Assembly: GCA_022614965.1 (NCBI GenBank)
Contig: JAKEHO010000017.1
Coordinates: forward strand, 54,280-118,279
Reading direction: 5' to 3'
Length of the DNA stretch: 64,000 nucleotides
Origin: Gammaproteobacteria bacterium
GTDB lineage: Bacteria; Pseudomonadota; Gammaproteobacteria; JAKEHO01
The stretch's first letter is position 1, and each line of letters begins with the position of its first letter. The notes beneath the pieces were generated by a model. That model was not told the origin of the DNA, made no database searches, and was given only the letters and a program-made list of their open reading frames with translations. A program made the position numbers and the translations under genes. Shown here in pieces: positions 41,278 through 51,400 of the stretch.

Positions 41278-42090
41278 CTACAAGTCCGCGGGTGCATCGT
41301 TGTCGTTTGCTGCATTCGACATACCGCAAATTCCACGTTTGGATGTTTCAACGAATTCGCAAAATTCAATGGCGGGACCGTCCTGGAATGCCTCGCGGAT
41401 GTGTTTTAAGGCCTGGGATACATTTAAGCCGGATCGGTACATGAGCGTGAATGCTTGTTTGACCTGCTGACGTGCTGCGGGTGATATACCAGCCCGGCGC
41501 ATCCCGACGGTATTGATCCCGAGGATCTTATTCGGCTGAAAGGGGTGGGTAGTGCAGAAGGGTGGGACATCTTTGGAAATCCCACTGCTCCCCCCCAGCA
41601 TGGCGAGTCGCCCGACACGGCAGAACTGGTGTACCAGGCAAAGGGCACTTATAAACGCGGCATCTCCAACCTCACTGTAACCACCAAGCAGCGCGCCGTT
41701 GACCAGGATGACGCGCTTTCCCAAGGTCGCGTTATGGGCAACATGGCTAAAATTCATCAGATAACATTCGTCTCCAATGATGGTGGACGTACCGGCTTTG
41801 GTGCCGCGATGGACGGTGACGCCTTCCCGGATCACGCATTTGGAGCCCAACTTGACATAGCTCTCCTCGTTCTGATGTGCGAGATCCTGTGGTAGTCCGC
41901 CTAACACCGCGCCCGCATGCACCTGGCAGCCAGGACCGAGGGTGGTGTAGCGGTAGATAGTCGCTTGAGGCCCGATAGAGCATCCGTCGCCGACGACCGC
42001 GCCCATCTCGATGTACGTAAGGGGACCGACCGTAACGTTCTTGCCCAAGATCACGCCCTCTTCGACGACGGCCGAGGGGTGGATGCTCAT
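41278..42090 (-). CDS. lpxA: Acyl-ACP--UDP-GlcNAc(3N) acyltransferase (LpxA family, divergent)
   Basis: IHPSAVV hexapeptide repeats, PQDL, IREGVTVHRGT, HVAHN, VHQFCRVG, KDVPPF, GINTVGMRR, SKRGI. Confidence 0.92.
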   Translation of the reverse strand: MSIHPSAVVEEGVILGKNVTVGPLTYIEMGAVVGDGCSIGPQATIYRYTTLGPGCQVHAGAVLGGLPQDLAHQNEESYVKLGSKCVIREGVTVHRGTKAGTSTIIGDECYLMNFSHVAHNATLGKRVILVNGALLGGYSEVGDAAFISALCLVHQFCRVGRLAMLGGSSGISKDVPPFCTTHPFQPNKILGINTVGMRRAGISPAARQQVKQAFTLMYRSGLNVSQALKHIREAFQDGPAIEFCEFVETSKRGICGMSNAANDNDAPADL

Positions 42091-42215
42091 CGACGTGCCG
42101 TAACCCATTGCGGGCGTTCAATCAGATCCCGCCGGAGCGCTCGGAAAAGATGACGAGCGCCATCGCTTGCACCGTACACAATCAGCGGTGAGCAACGTGT
42201 TTCCCCAACACGGAG

Positions 42216-44954
42216 CTAGGCCGCGAGTTGCCGCAGCACATAGGGAAGAATGCCGCCGTTGGTATAGTACTCCCACTCCTTGGGTGTATCGATGCGCACA
42301 TGTACGGTGCACCGTATGGGTTTGCCGTCGTCGGGTGTCGCAAGCACGGTAACTTCCTTGGCGCCAGGAATAAGCCCCACGATTTCGCAGACCTCTTCCC
42401 CTGTAAGGCCAAGGCTTTCTGCATTCACCCCATTTTGAAAGGTGAGTGGAAGTACCCCCATGCCGACGAGGTTCGACCGGTGAATGCGCTCGAAACTCTG
42501 CGCGATCACCACCTTCACGCCCAAGAGCGCAACTCCTTTCGCAGCCCAATCGCGCGATGAACCCGTCCCGTATTCTTTGCCCGCGATGATCAATAACGGT
42601 ACATTGTTTTTCTGATACCGCACAGCGGCATCATAGATACTCATCGGCTCACGGGAAGGAAGATGCATGGTCCATCCACCTTCGCGGGGGCGTGCCAGTT
42701 GGTTGCGCAAGCGGATATTGGCGAAGGTCCCGCGCATCATGACCTCGTGGTTGCCACGCCGTGACCCATACGAATTGAAATCCTTGGGCAGGACACCGTG
42801 CTCGATTAGGTACCGACCGGCCGGGCTGTCGGTCTTGATGGCGCCGGCGGGCGAAATGTGGTCAGTCGTGATGCTATCCCCAAGGAGTGCCAAGCATCGG
42901 GCACCTTTGATGGCCGCGATCGTGCTTGCCTTAGCGCGCATGTCTTCGAAATAGGGAGGACTTTTGATGTAAGTGGAGCGCTCATCCCAGTGAAACTGCG
43001 CCACCTGCGGTATCTGCATGCTGGTCCAACGTCTGTCGCCTGAAAAGACGTTCTTGTAGCTCGTACGAAACATCGTCGAATTGATGGTGAGGGTAATTGC
43101 CTCTTGGATCGCCTGCTGGCTGGGCCAGATGTCCTTAAGAAAGACGGGGCTGCCGTTTCGATCAACGCCTAATGGTTCCTGGTAGAGGTCGATGTCCATC
43201 GTGCCTGCAATAGCGTAGGCGACGACGAGTGGCGGCGAGGCGAGAAAATTCATCTTCACCTCAGCATGCACGCGTCCCTCAAAGTTGCGGTTGCCTGATA
43301 GAATTGAGCACACCGCCAGATCATGCTCGTGGATGGACTGACTCACGGCCTTAAGTAGGGGGCCTGAGTTCCCGATGCAGGTGGTGCAGCCGTAGCCCAC
43401 AAGGTGAAAGCCCAGGGCCTCAAGATGGGGCAAGAGCTGCGCTTTTTCGAGATACGCTCGGACGACCTGTGATCCCGGGGCAAGGCTCGTCTTAACCCAG
43501 GGCTTGACCTTGAGGCCTCGCTCGTTTGCCGCCTTCGCCAGTAATCCGGCCGCCACCATGACGGACGGATTGGATGTATTGGTGCAAGAGGTGATGGCGG
43601 CAATGACCACGGCACCGTCCGCAAGCTGATCCGGGTTGCCGCCGCCCACCAAGGGCTCGCCCGATGTGCGAGCGGCGCTCTTTCTGCGCATTGCCGTAGC
43701 GCCCCCGTCATCTTGGAAACGTGCCATGTCGCCATTCCTGGAACCTGCCCGTTCCTTCTGATGGTCATGCAGCGTTGTTTTAACGACCTGTTTTGCTTCG
43801 CGCAGTGGCACCCGGTCCTGTGGCCGCTTGGGCCCGGCGATGCTGGGTTCTACCGTGCGCATATCCAGTTCCATTACGTCGGAATACTCGGCGTCACGGC
43901 TCCCCGCTACGCGGAAAAGGCCTTGTTCCTTGGCGTAGGCTTCAACTAACGCGATCTGCTCTGCCGCTCGGCCCGAGAGTTCCAAGTAGCGCAGCGTTTC
44001 GCTGTCAATGGGGAATATGCCACAGGTGGCACCGTATTCCGGGGCCATATTCGCGATCGTAGCGCGATCAGCGAGTGGCAGGTGGTCGAGACCGGCGCCG
44101 AAGAATTCGACAAACTTGCCTACCACACCGTGTTTTCGGAGCAGGTTCGTAACGGTAAGGACAAGGTCTGTAGCGGTGGCGCCTTCGGGCAGTTGGCCGG
44201 TCAGTTTGAAACCCACGACTTGCGGGATCAACATACTGATAGGTTGCCCAAGCATGGCCGCCTCTGCCTCGATCCCGCCTACGCCCCAACCCAAAACCCC
44301 CAAGCCGTTGATCATCGTGGTATGGGAATCAGTGCCAACCAGCGTGTCCGGATAGGCCTGTTTAATCCCGTTCAGTTCCTTCGTAAACACGACACGCGCC
44401 AGATATTCCATATTGACTTGGTGGACGATGCCGGTATCTGGTGGCACCACCTTGAAGTTGGAAAACGCCTGTTGGCCCCATCGCAGAAAGGCGTAGCGCT
44501 CTTTGTTGCGCTCGAATTCAATCTCAGCATTGTGCGCCATTGCGTCGGCGCTTCCAAACGCATCCACCTGTACGGAGTGATCGATAACGAGTTCTGCTGG
44601 CGAAAGGGGATTGACGCGTTTCGGATCGCCACCGAGCTTGCCTAACGCATCGCGCAAGGCGGCAAGATCGACAACGGCGGGTACGCCCGTAAAATCCTGC
44701 ATTAACACGCGGGCGGGGGTAAAGGCGATCTCTCGGTTTGGCTCGCTCCTGGGATCCCAAGAGGCAAGGGCTTCGATGTCCTCGGCGGTGACTGTGATCC
44801 CGTCTTCGGTCCGCAAAAGATTTTCTAGCAGGATCTTCAATGAGAAGGGAAGCCGCTCACTATTAAAGCGCTTAACAAGGTTCTTGAGCGCAAACAACTC
44901 GTAGGTCGATTCCCCGACTTTGAGCGTCGACCGCGCCTGATAAGTGTTTTTCAT
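42216..44954 (-). CDS. acnA: Aconitate hydratase A
   Basis: [88 protein letters not shown]. Confidence 0.99.
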   Translation of the reverse strand: MKNTYQARSTLKVGESTYELFALKNLVKRFNSERLPFSLKILLENLLRTEDGITVTAEDIEALASWDPRSEPNREIAFTPARVLMQDFTGVPAVVDLAALRDALGKLGGDPKRVNPLSPAELVIDHSVQVDAFGSADAMAHNAEIEFERNKERYAFLRWGQQAFSNFKVVPPDTGIVHQVNMEYLARVVFTKELNGIKQAYPDTLVGTDSHTTMINGLGVLGWGVGGIEAEAAMLGQPISMLIPQVVGFKLTGQLPEGATATDLVLTVTNLLRKHGVVGKFVEFFGAGLDHLPLADRATIANMAPEYGATCGIFPIDSETLRYLELSGRAAEQIALVEAYAKEQGLFRVAGSRDAEYSDVMELDMRTVEPSIAGPKRPQDRVPLREAKQVVKTTLHDHQKERAGSRNGDMARFQDDGGATAMRRKSAARTSGEPLVGGGNPDQLADGAVVIAAITSCTNTSNPSVMVAAGLLAKAANERGLKVKPWVKTSLAPGSQVVRAYLEKAQLLPHLEALGFHLVGYGCTTCIGNSGPLLKAVSQSIHEHDLAVCSILSGNRNFEGRVHAEVKMNFLASPPLVVAYAIAGTMDIDLYQEPLGVDRNGSPVFLKDIWPSQQAIQEAITLTINSTMFRTSYKNVFSGDRRWTSMQIPQVAQFHWDERSTYIKSPPYFEDMRAKASTIAAIKGARCLALLGDSITTDHISPAGAIKTDSPAGRYLIEHGVLPKDFNSYGSRRGNHEVMMRGTFANIRLRNQLARPREGGWTMHLPSREPMSIYDAAVRYQKNNVPLLIIAGKEYGTGSSRDWAAKGVALLGVKVVIAQSFERIHRSNLVGMGVLPLTFQNGVNAESLGLTGEEVCEIVGLIPGAKEVTVLATPDDGKPIRCTVHVRIDTPKEWEYYTNGGILPYVLRQLAA

Positions 44955-45082
44955 TATGGCCCCCAAAAAGTCCTAAGCCGCAATTTTACCTATTGTGCAG
45001 GTGCCGAGCGAGTGAGCAAGGCGCCTTTCACATCTCCAAGGAAAAGACGAAGTTTCGAAGCCTCAGAACGTACTAGACGGCG

Positions 45083-46201
45083 CTACGTTGCGGTTTTCGC
45101 GATGGGGCCTCCGCCGAGGCACACGTCGCCCTGGTAGAAAACCACGGACTGGCCGGGTGTCATCGCACGCTGAGGCCTGTCGAATTTAACATGACATTGC
45201 GCATTGTCCAACGACGTGATGGTGCAGTCCTGATCAGGCTGCCGGTATCGGGTTTTGGCCTTGCATCGAAACGGTAATTCAGATGGCGCATTGACGATCC
45301 AATGCAAGGCAGACGCGACGAGGTGCTGACGGTAGAGCAAAGGATGATCATGTCCCTGGGCTACAATCAGCACATTGTTCTTGAGATCTTTGGCCACCAC
45401 GTACCAAGGTTCGCCGTTGCCCTCTCTCCGGCCACCGATGCCGAGACCTTTTCGCTGTCCCAGGGTGTAGTACATCAGGCCGTCGTGCTGCCCAACGATC
45501 TTGCCTCCGGGGGTCTGAATGTCACCGGGTTCCACCGGTAAAAACCGCATGAGAAATGGCTTGAAGCGGCGCTCGCCGATAAAACAGATGCCGGTGCTGT
45601 CTTTTTTATTGTGGGTTACAAGACCAGCCTCCGCGGCAAGTTTCCGCACGGCCGCTTTCCTAAACTCGCCAATCGGAAATAGCGAGCGGCCTAGTTGCTC
45701 TTGATCGAGGGCATGCAGAAAGTAGCTTTGGTCCTTGTTGTCATCGAAGCCTTTGCGCAGATACAAGTGGCCATCCTGACGGCTTACGCGTGCATAGTGT
45801 CCCATTGCGATCATATCCGCTCCCAAGCTTTGTGCATGCGTGAGAAATGCCTTGAACTTGATCTCGCGATTGCAGAGGATATCGGGATTAGGGGTGTGTC
45901 CACCGCGATATTCATTGAGAAAATGCGTGAACACATTCTCCCAATAATCAGCAGAAAGATTGACCGTGTTCAACAGAATACCCAGATCGTCGCAGACACG
46001 CCTGGCATCCTCCGCGTCCTTAGCCGCACCACAGTAGTTCTCCGTGTCGTCTTCTTCCCAGTTCTTCATAAACAGGCCTTCGACTGCATAGCCTTGTCGC
46101 TTCAGAAGCAGGGCACTGACAGACGAGTCAACACCCCCGGAAAGGCCGACGATAATCTTGGTGCGCGGCACGGTTCTCGTGGCAGGTTGTGTTGCAATCA
46201 T
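45083..46201 (-). CDS. mnmA: tRNA-specific 2-thiouridylase
   Basis: [51 protein letters not shown]. Confidence 0.98.
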   Translation of the reverse strand: MIATQPATRTVPRTKIIVGLSGGVDSSVSALLLKRQGYAVEGLFMKNWEEDDTENYCGAAKDAEDARRVCDDLGILLNTVNLSADYWENVFTHFLNEYRGGHTPNPDILCNREIKFKAFLTHAQSLGADMIAMGHYARVSRQDGHLYLRKGFDDNKDQSYFLHALDQEQLGRSLFPIGEFRKAAVRKLAAEAGLVTHNKKDSTGICFIGERRFKPFLMRFLPVEPGDIQTPGGKIVGQHDGLMYYTLGQRKGLGIGGRREGNGEPWYVVAKDLKNNVLIVAQGHDHPLLYRQHLVASALHWIVNAPSELPFRCKAKTRYRQPDQDCTITSLDNAQCHVKFDRPQRAMTPGQSVVFYQGDVCLGGGPIAKTAT

Positions 46202-46689
46202 GATCTCTTCCGTGGCGCCATCGTAGAAGCGCCACTTTTTGCCGGTAGGTAATGATTGAGCATCGTTAGCGGGTAGCGCCTTCCTTTCCTATAATCATCG
46301 ATGCAGTGTAGTACCATCGGGCTGCGAAGCTTCTCGCGCATTGACATAAGTTCCTCTAGAGTAAGCCATATGACCCGGATAATGGCCTCATCCGGTGGCC
46401 GATCAGGCTCATGTCCATGGCAGCTCCCTAAAAAACAGATGCGCAGGTACGTCACACCCTCATCGCGATCGGGATAGAGATAAATGCCTACCATGGCCTC
46501 GGGCAGGAAGTGCCATCCTGTCTCCTCCAGCACCTCGCGCTTTACGGCGTCTAACAACGTCTCTTCCGGCTCGAGATGGCCGGCTGGTTGATTAAACACC
46601 ACCCGGCCATTGGCCGCTTCTTCAACCAGGAGAAAGCGACGATCGCGCTCAACGATGGCAGCGACAGTGACGCTGGGCTTCCAGACCAT
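46198..46689 (-). CDS. nudJ: NUDIX hydrolase, NudJ-like
   Basis: [21 protein letters not shown]....[14 protein letters not shown]; directly upstream of mnmA as in E. coli. Confidence 0.88.
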   Translation of the reverse strand: MVWKPSVTVAAIVERDRRFLLVEEAANGRVVFNQPAGHLEPEETLLDAVKREVLEETGWHFLPEAMVGIYLYPDRDEGVTYLRICFLGSCHGHEPDRPPDEAIIRVIWLTLEELMSMREKLRSPMVLHCIDDYRKGRRYPLTMLNHYLPAKSGASTMAPRKRS

Positions 46690-46784
46690 GAAGTGAATTG
46701 TAACCCAAAGCTCATCATCCTGTGCGCCCATTGCCCCGATTGAAAAAGGCCGGGGACTCTACTCCGCTTGGGCAAGGCAGTAAC

Positions 46785-46852
46785 GCGGGCCGGCCTCGAG
46801 CGGTTAAAGTAGCGGGGCAGAGCGCTGCCTGTCGTAGTGTGGGCACCGCCGC
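46785..46852 (+). ncRNA. Candidate cis-regulatory RNA (Na+/Li+ riboswitch-like) upstream of nhaD
   Basis: Stem GCCTCG/CGGGGC enclosing AGCGGTTAAAGTAG, second stem GCGCTGC/GTAGTGT, and loop GCGGT complementary to downstream ACCGC; lies 5' of a Na+/H+ antiporter. Confidence 0.45.
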
Positions 46853-46921
46853 AGGAGTGGCGCATGGGGCTTGGGGCGCCCTAAATGGCAATCAAATAAG
46901 ATAAACCGATTGGAGCGAAAA

Positions 46922-48403
46922 ATGATTAAGTTTGGCGTGGTATACGATGGCATCCTAAAGCAATTGGGCCGAACGCTTATCGCGAGCACAGCATGGTGTT
47001 TGCCGGACATAGCGGGTGCTGCAACGGATGCAGGGCCGGGCCTGGTTTTGACGGGTGAATGGGTTGGGATCGCCGCACTCGCGATCTTCGTGCTGGCGTA
47101 TGCGCTGGTCATCGCTGAAGAGACGCTGCACCTGCGTAAATCAAAGCCCGTCATGGTAGCGGCGGGCATCATTTGGAGCCTGGTTGCCCTTGGCTACGCA
47201 CAAATCGGTGACACGCACACGGCAGGGGAGGCGGTGCGGCACAACCTGCTGGAATTTGCCGAGATCTTCCTGTTTCTGCTGGCAGCGATGACCTACATCA
47301 ACACCATGGAGGAGGTGGGGATGTTTGTTGCGCTGAAGGCCTGGCTCGTCTCCAAGGGCTTTTCACTTAGAACGATCTTCTGGATCACGGGTGGCCTGGC
47401 CTTCTGCATATCGCCTTTTGCAGACAATCTGACGACGGCATTGTTGATGGCGACCGTGGTGATGACGGTCGGTGGAAATAACGTCCGATTTGTTACGGTT
47501 GCCTGTGTAAACATTGTGGTCGCCGCAAACGCCGGCGGAGCGTTCAGTCCCTTCGGGGATATCACAACACTCATGGTTTGGCAGAAGGGGGTCGTCAAGT
47601 TTCACGAATTCTTCCATTTGTTTGGCCCCTCGTTTACCAACTGGGTTATCCCCGCCGCCATTATGTCCTTTACGGTGCCCAACACACAGCCTGCGGCACT
47701 CAGGGAGTCAGGCGAATTACAAAAGGGGGCCTGGATGGTGCTGGGACTCTTTTTCCTGACCATCACCATGGCGGTACTGGGGCACAACTTTTTGCATCTG
47801 CCGCCCGTGATGGGAATGATGACGGGCTTAGGGCTTCTTAAGCTCTATGGGTATTACCTGAAGACCCGTGGGCCGTTGGCCTTGAGGCGGCCTACCGAAG
47901 GGCCCGAGGAAGCAAGACTTGAGGTGGATGAAGCGGTGGTTACCTCACCGCCTCATACGCCGTTTGATATCTTCAAGGCCTTGGAACGGGCGGAATGGGA
48001 CACCTTGATGTTTTTCTATGGCATCATCCTGTGTGTCGGCGGCCTTGCGACCATGGGTTATCTTGCGATCCTCGCTAATGTTCTGTATGTGGATCTGGGA
48101 CCCACGACCGCGAATGTACTCGTTGGAGTTCTATCCGCGGTCATCGATAATATTCCGGTGATGTTCGCCGTCTTGTCGATGTCTCCCGATATGAGCCACG
48201 GCCAATGGCTGCTGGTGACACTCACGGCAGGCGTGGGCGGGTCCTTGCTGTCGATCGGATCGGCGGCGGGTGTTGCGGTGATGGGGCAAGCGCGAGGCAT
48301 GTATACTTTTTTCTCCCATCTCAAATGGAGCTGGGCAGTCGCCCTGGGGTTTGCTGGGAGTATCTGGGTCCATTTGATGGTGAACGCTAGCCTGTTTCAC
48401 TAA
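46922..48403 (+). CDS. nhaD: Na+/H+ antiporter NhaD
   Basis: EETLHLRKSKP, FLFLLAAMTYINTMEE, ADNLTTAL, ANAGGAFSPFGDITTLMVW, EWDTLMFF, IDNIPVM, GGSLLSIGSAAGV; SD GGAG before ATG 46922. Confidence 0.95.
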   Translation: MIKFGVVYDGILKQLGRTLIASTAWCLPDIAGAATDAGPGLVLTGEWVGIAALAIFVLAYALVIAEETLHLRKSKPVMVAAGIIWSLVALGYAQIGDTHTAGEAVRHNLLEFAEIFLFLLAAMTYINTMEEVGMFVALKAWLVSKGFSLRTIFWITGGLAFCISPFADNLTTALLMATVVMTVGGNNVRFVTVACVNIVVAANAGGAFSPFGDITTLMVWQKGVVKFHEFFHLFGPSFTNWVIPAAIMSFTVPNTQPAALRESGELQKGAWMVLGLFFLTITMAVLGHNFLHLPPVMGMMTGLGLLKLYGYYLKTRGPLALRRPTEGPEEARLEVDEAVVTSPPHTPFDIFKALERAEWDTLMFFYGIILCVGGLATMGYLAILANVLYVDLGPTTANVLVGVLSAVIDNIPVMFAVLSMSPDMSHGQWLLVTLTAGVGGSLLSIGSAAGVAVMGQARGMYTFFSHLKWSWAVALGFAGSIWVHLMVNASLFH

Positions 48404-48466
48404 ATAGGGTGCTGATTTGTACCGTAGTTCTGACGAGGGCCTTCGCTCGCGAAATGAGCCACGCGG

Positions 48467-51400
48467 CTACTGGTTAACGCCATCGATGAACCGGGATGGG
48501 GCGCTGGCGGCTTCGTGGTTTTTGGCATTCACTCTCTCAACCGTTGGATTGTCCCAACTGCCCGTGATGATGTATTGATGACTGAGTACGTTGTCTAGCT
48601 GATCGGGCAGGGACTTGAACATCTGGCCGACCACCAGAATGGCGGCGCCGACACCGACGCCAACCGGTCCGAACAGGGCGCTGGCGACTGGCAAGCTGCT
48701 GGCGAACGCTGGCGTCACCGTCACGGTCTGGTTGTAGTCTTGGGCGATGAGCCCCGTGCGCCCCGTTACGCCCATGCGTGCGGAAGGGCCCTCCATGACA
48801 AAGTCGTTGGTGTAGGCATTGCCGTTTTCAAAATCGAATGTACCTTCGATGCGATCAAAGGGGAAACCTTTTTGATACATGTCATCAAAATCAAGGCTTA
48901 AGCGCCGTGCGAGTGTCTGAAAGCTCAGCAGGCCGAAGATGCGACCTACGCCTTGCTGGATGTCGAGAAAGCGCCCTTTGCCGACGTTCATGTGCAGGGT
49001 GCCATTCATAGTTGCCAGCGAAAAATCTCTTGGTGCCCCTTGCCAGCTGGCATCGATATCGAGCTGCGCCGCGCCGCCTTCGATGGAAGTCACGTTGTAA
49101 CCAAATCGATTGAGCAACTTACCAAGATCGTCTGCCTCAACTGTGATATCAACGTGTGATCGCTGCACTTCGTCGACGACGAGCCAGTCTCCCTGGCCTA
49201 AGATATTGAGTCCGGGTGAGATAAACGCGAGTTCGTCCAATCGCAGGCCATCGCTCACAGGGGTTGCCCGCAGGCGAGTCTCACCCAGTTCGACGGACCC
49301 GTACGTCAATGCCTTGCAATGCACCGTGAGGGCGGGGAGACGCCGTGGATCGGTGCGTGTTGTCGCGTCGGGGGGGGTGACAGTGGCAAGTGTCAATTTT
49401 TCAAACTCCGCATGCACGGGTGCCGCTAACCCCGCTGCAGGCACTGTAATCGAACCACTCGCCTCTGCCGCGACAATACTGGCGATCCACCCCCGCTCGT
49501 CATGGGCGATTTTGAGTTTAGCGCTGTTGAGCCACTGGTCGAGCACCTCGAGCCGCGCGATAGCGACATCGACGTTAACGGCCTCGGGTGGATAGGGCAT
49601 TGAGGCACCTCTATTGCGCTCGTTGGCTTGTAGGAGATCTAGCCAAGGACTCACAGCGAGTTCGGGGAGTTGACCATCGATGGCGAGCCCCGGCCTATCG
49701 GGTAAGCGTGGTGTGCCAGGACCAAGATGCAAGCCGATACGGTTCATCGCGGCTGCAACCGGCTCCGGGTGCAGCTCAAGTACACCGCTTAAGTTCGCAC
49801 CGTAACGGAATGTGAAGCGATTTTGTGTGGAGTCGCCAATTTGAGTCAGAATGGTGAGATCGGTCTCTTCATCCGTTGCTTTACCAAGGGGTGCAGGCAG
49901 GTGCACTGTCATGCCCTCGAGTTGGGACGTGAGCCTAACCTGTCCGGGCGTTTGTGCGTTACAGCAGTCCGTCGGTAACGTGATCTCCGCTTGCCATTTC
50001 GTGTCGCCGTCGATCCATCGCTCGTCGAGCAGCGCCAGCGTTGGGTCGAATCGCCTGAGTTGGTCAGCCAGGAACGCAGGATCGGCCGTTCCGCTCACCA
50101 GCAATTCGCTGCTGGCGTTTTCTTCGACATAATCTGTGCTGATGTCGAAGTGGACGGGCCGGTCGAATAGCTTACCTTCAAGTCCCTTCGCATCCAAGCG
50201 CGTTTCAGTAAACTCCAGCTGTCCCTCGATGTCCGTGAACGTTGCGCCCAGCCGATTGGAGTGCACGGCGTTGCCTGCCAGCTGCACCTGGCCTTGCACG
50301 GCGTAACTGCCCTCGTCCATCAATGGTGTCTCCATCGCGAGGTCTATCGTAATCGTGCCATCGAAGTCCATCGATGTGACCTGCCTTCCGATGGCCTGTG
50401 ATGCTAACGGACTTTCTAGTATGAATCTCCGCACATCGGCCGCCGCCGCCTTTATTGTGCTCTGGCCTTTGAACACCTTATCCGGTGCGCTGACATCTGC
50501 AATGCCCCCATGCGCGCTCACGATCTCAGAGTTGAGTACCATAGCGTGTGTCACATCGACTGTGAGGTTCCAACCTTCGATGGCGATAGCTGCTTCAATC
50601 GCGCTGAGCTGTGGCCAACCGGTGGCGTAATCCAGAACACCGTCACGGATCGTGGCCCGCACTTGAAATCGTCCCTGGCCCTGACTGAATGGAAACTCAT
50701 TAAGTGCGCCACGCCAAACACCTACTCCTTCCGTGATCCGCCCGGCCAAAACGGCGCCTTTGACCCAGTCTTTATCTGCGTCGGGGACAGTTTTCGGCAA
50801 GTATCGGGAAATGTGCTCCAGCCGCCCGTCTTCAATGGTCACGACAAGATCTGCCGTCGGTGCCGGGTTAGCACCAGACCAGGCGAGTCGTCCGCGCAGT
50901 TTCGCGCTCATATCGTTATTTCGCATCGCTAACGTGTCTGAGGTTAATGTCCAGCCGTCATCGTCGTGTGTCCAACTGATTGCCCCTTCAAGCCAATTGA
51001 GCCAGAACGGCATCTCAAACCACGTTGGAAATTGGATCTCAACAGGATCCCTATCCAAGAGCAGCACGCCAGTCCCTAAGGTACCGCTGATACTCCCACG
51101 TAATCCGCTGATACCCGGAACACCGGCGTCTGGTCCGGCGATCAGATCGTTGAAGCTCATCTTTAGAAAGAGTCGCTCATCGAACAGCCGATCCGGGCGG
51201 TAATCGAACTGGACGTTGTGAAGCTCACCTCGTGGTGCGGATTTTGTGAGGTAATGACGGATCGTTGCCGACAGACCGGAAGAATTTGCCAGCAGCGGCG
51301 CAATGTCACCCAGCTTGAGAAAGCGGATACTGCCCGTGAGATGGTAGCCACCTGCCCAGGGCATCGGCGTGGTCTGCAGATGGATCTCATCGTCTGGCCA

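Noticed and set aside
41172..41444. 90-aa ORF overlapping the CPBP stop
   Set aside because: More than half is antisense to lpxA and it has no recognisable features.
48411..48460. Hammerhead-like words CTGACGA...GAAA between convergent nhaD and yhdP
   Set aside because: Stem II does not pair directly between the core motifs, stem I cannot form and stem III has a mismatch; more likely a weak terminator hairpin or chance.
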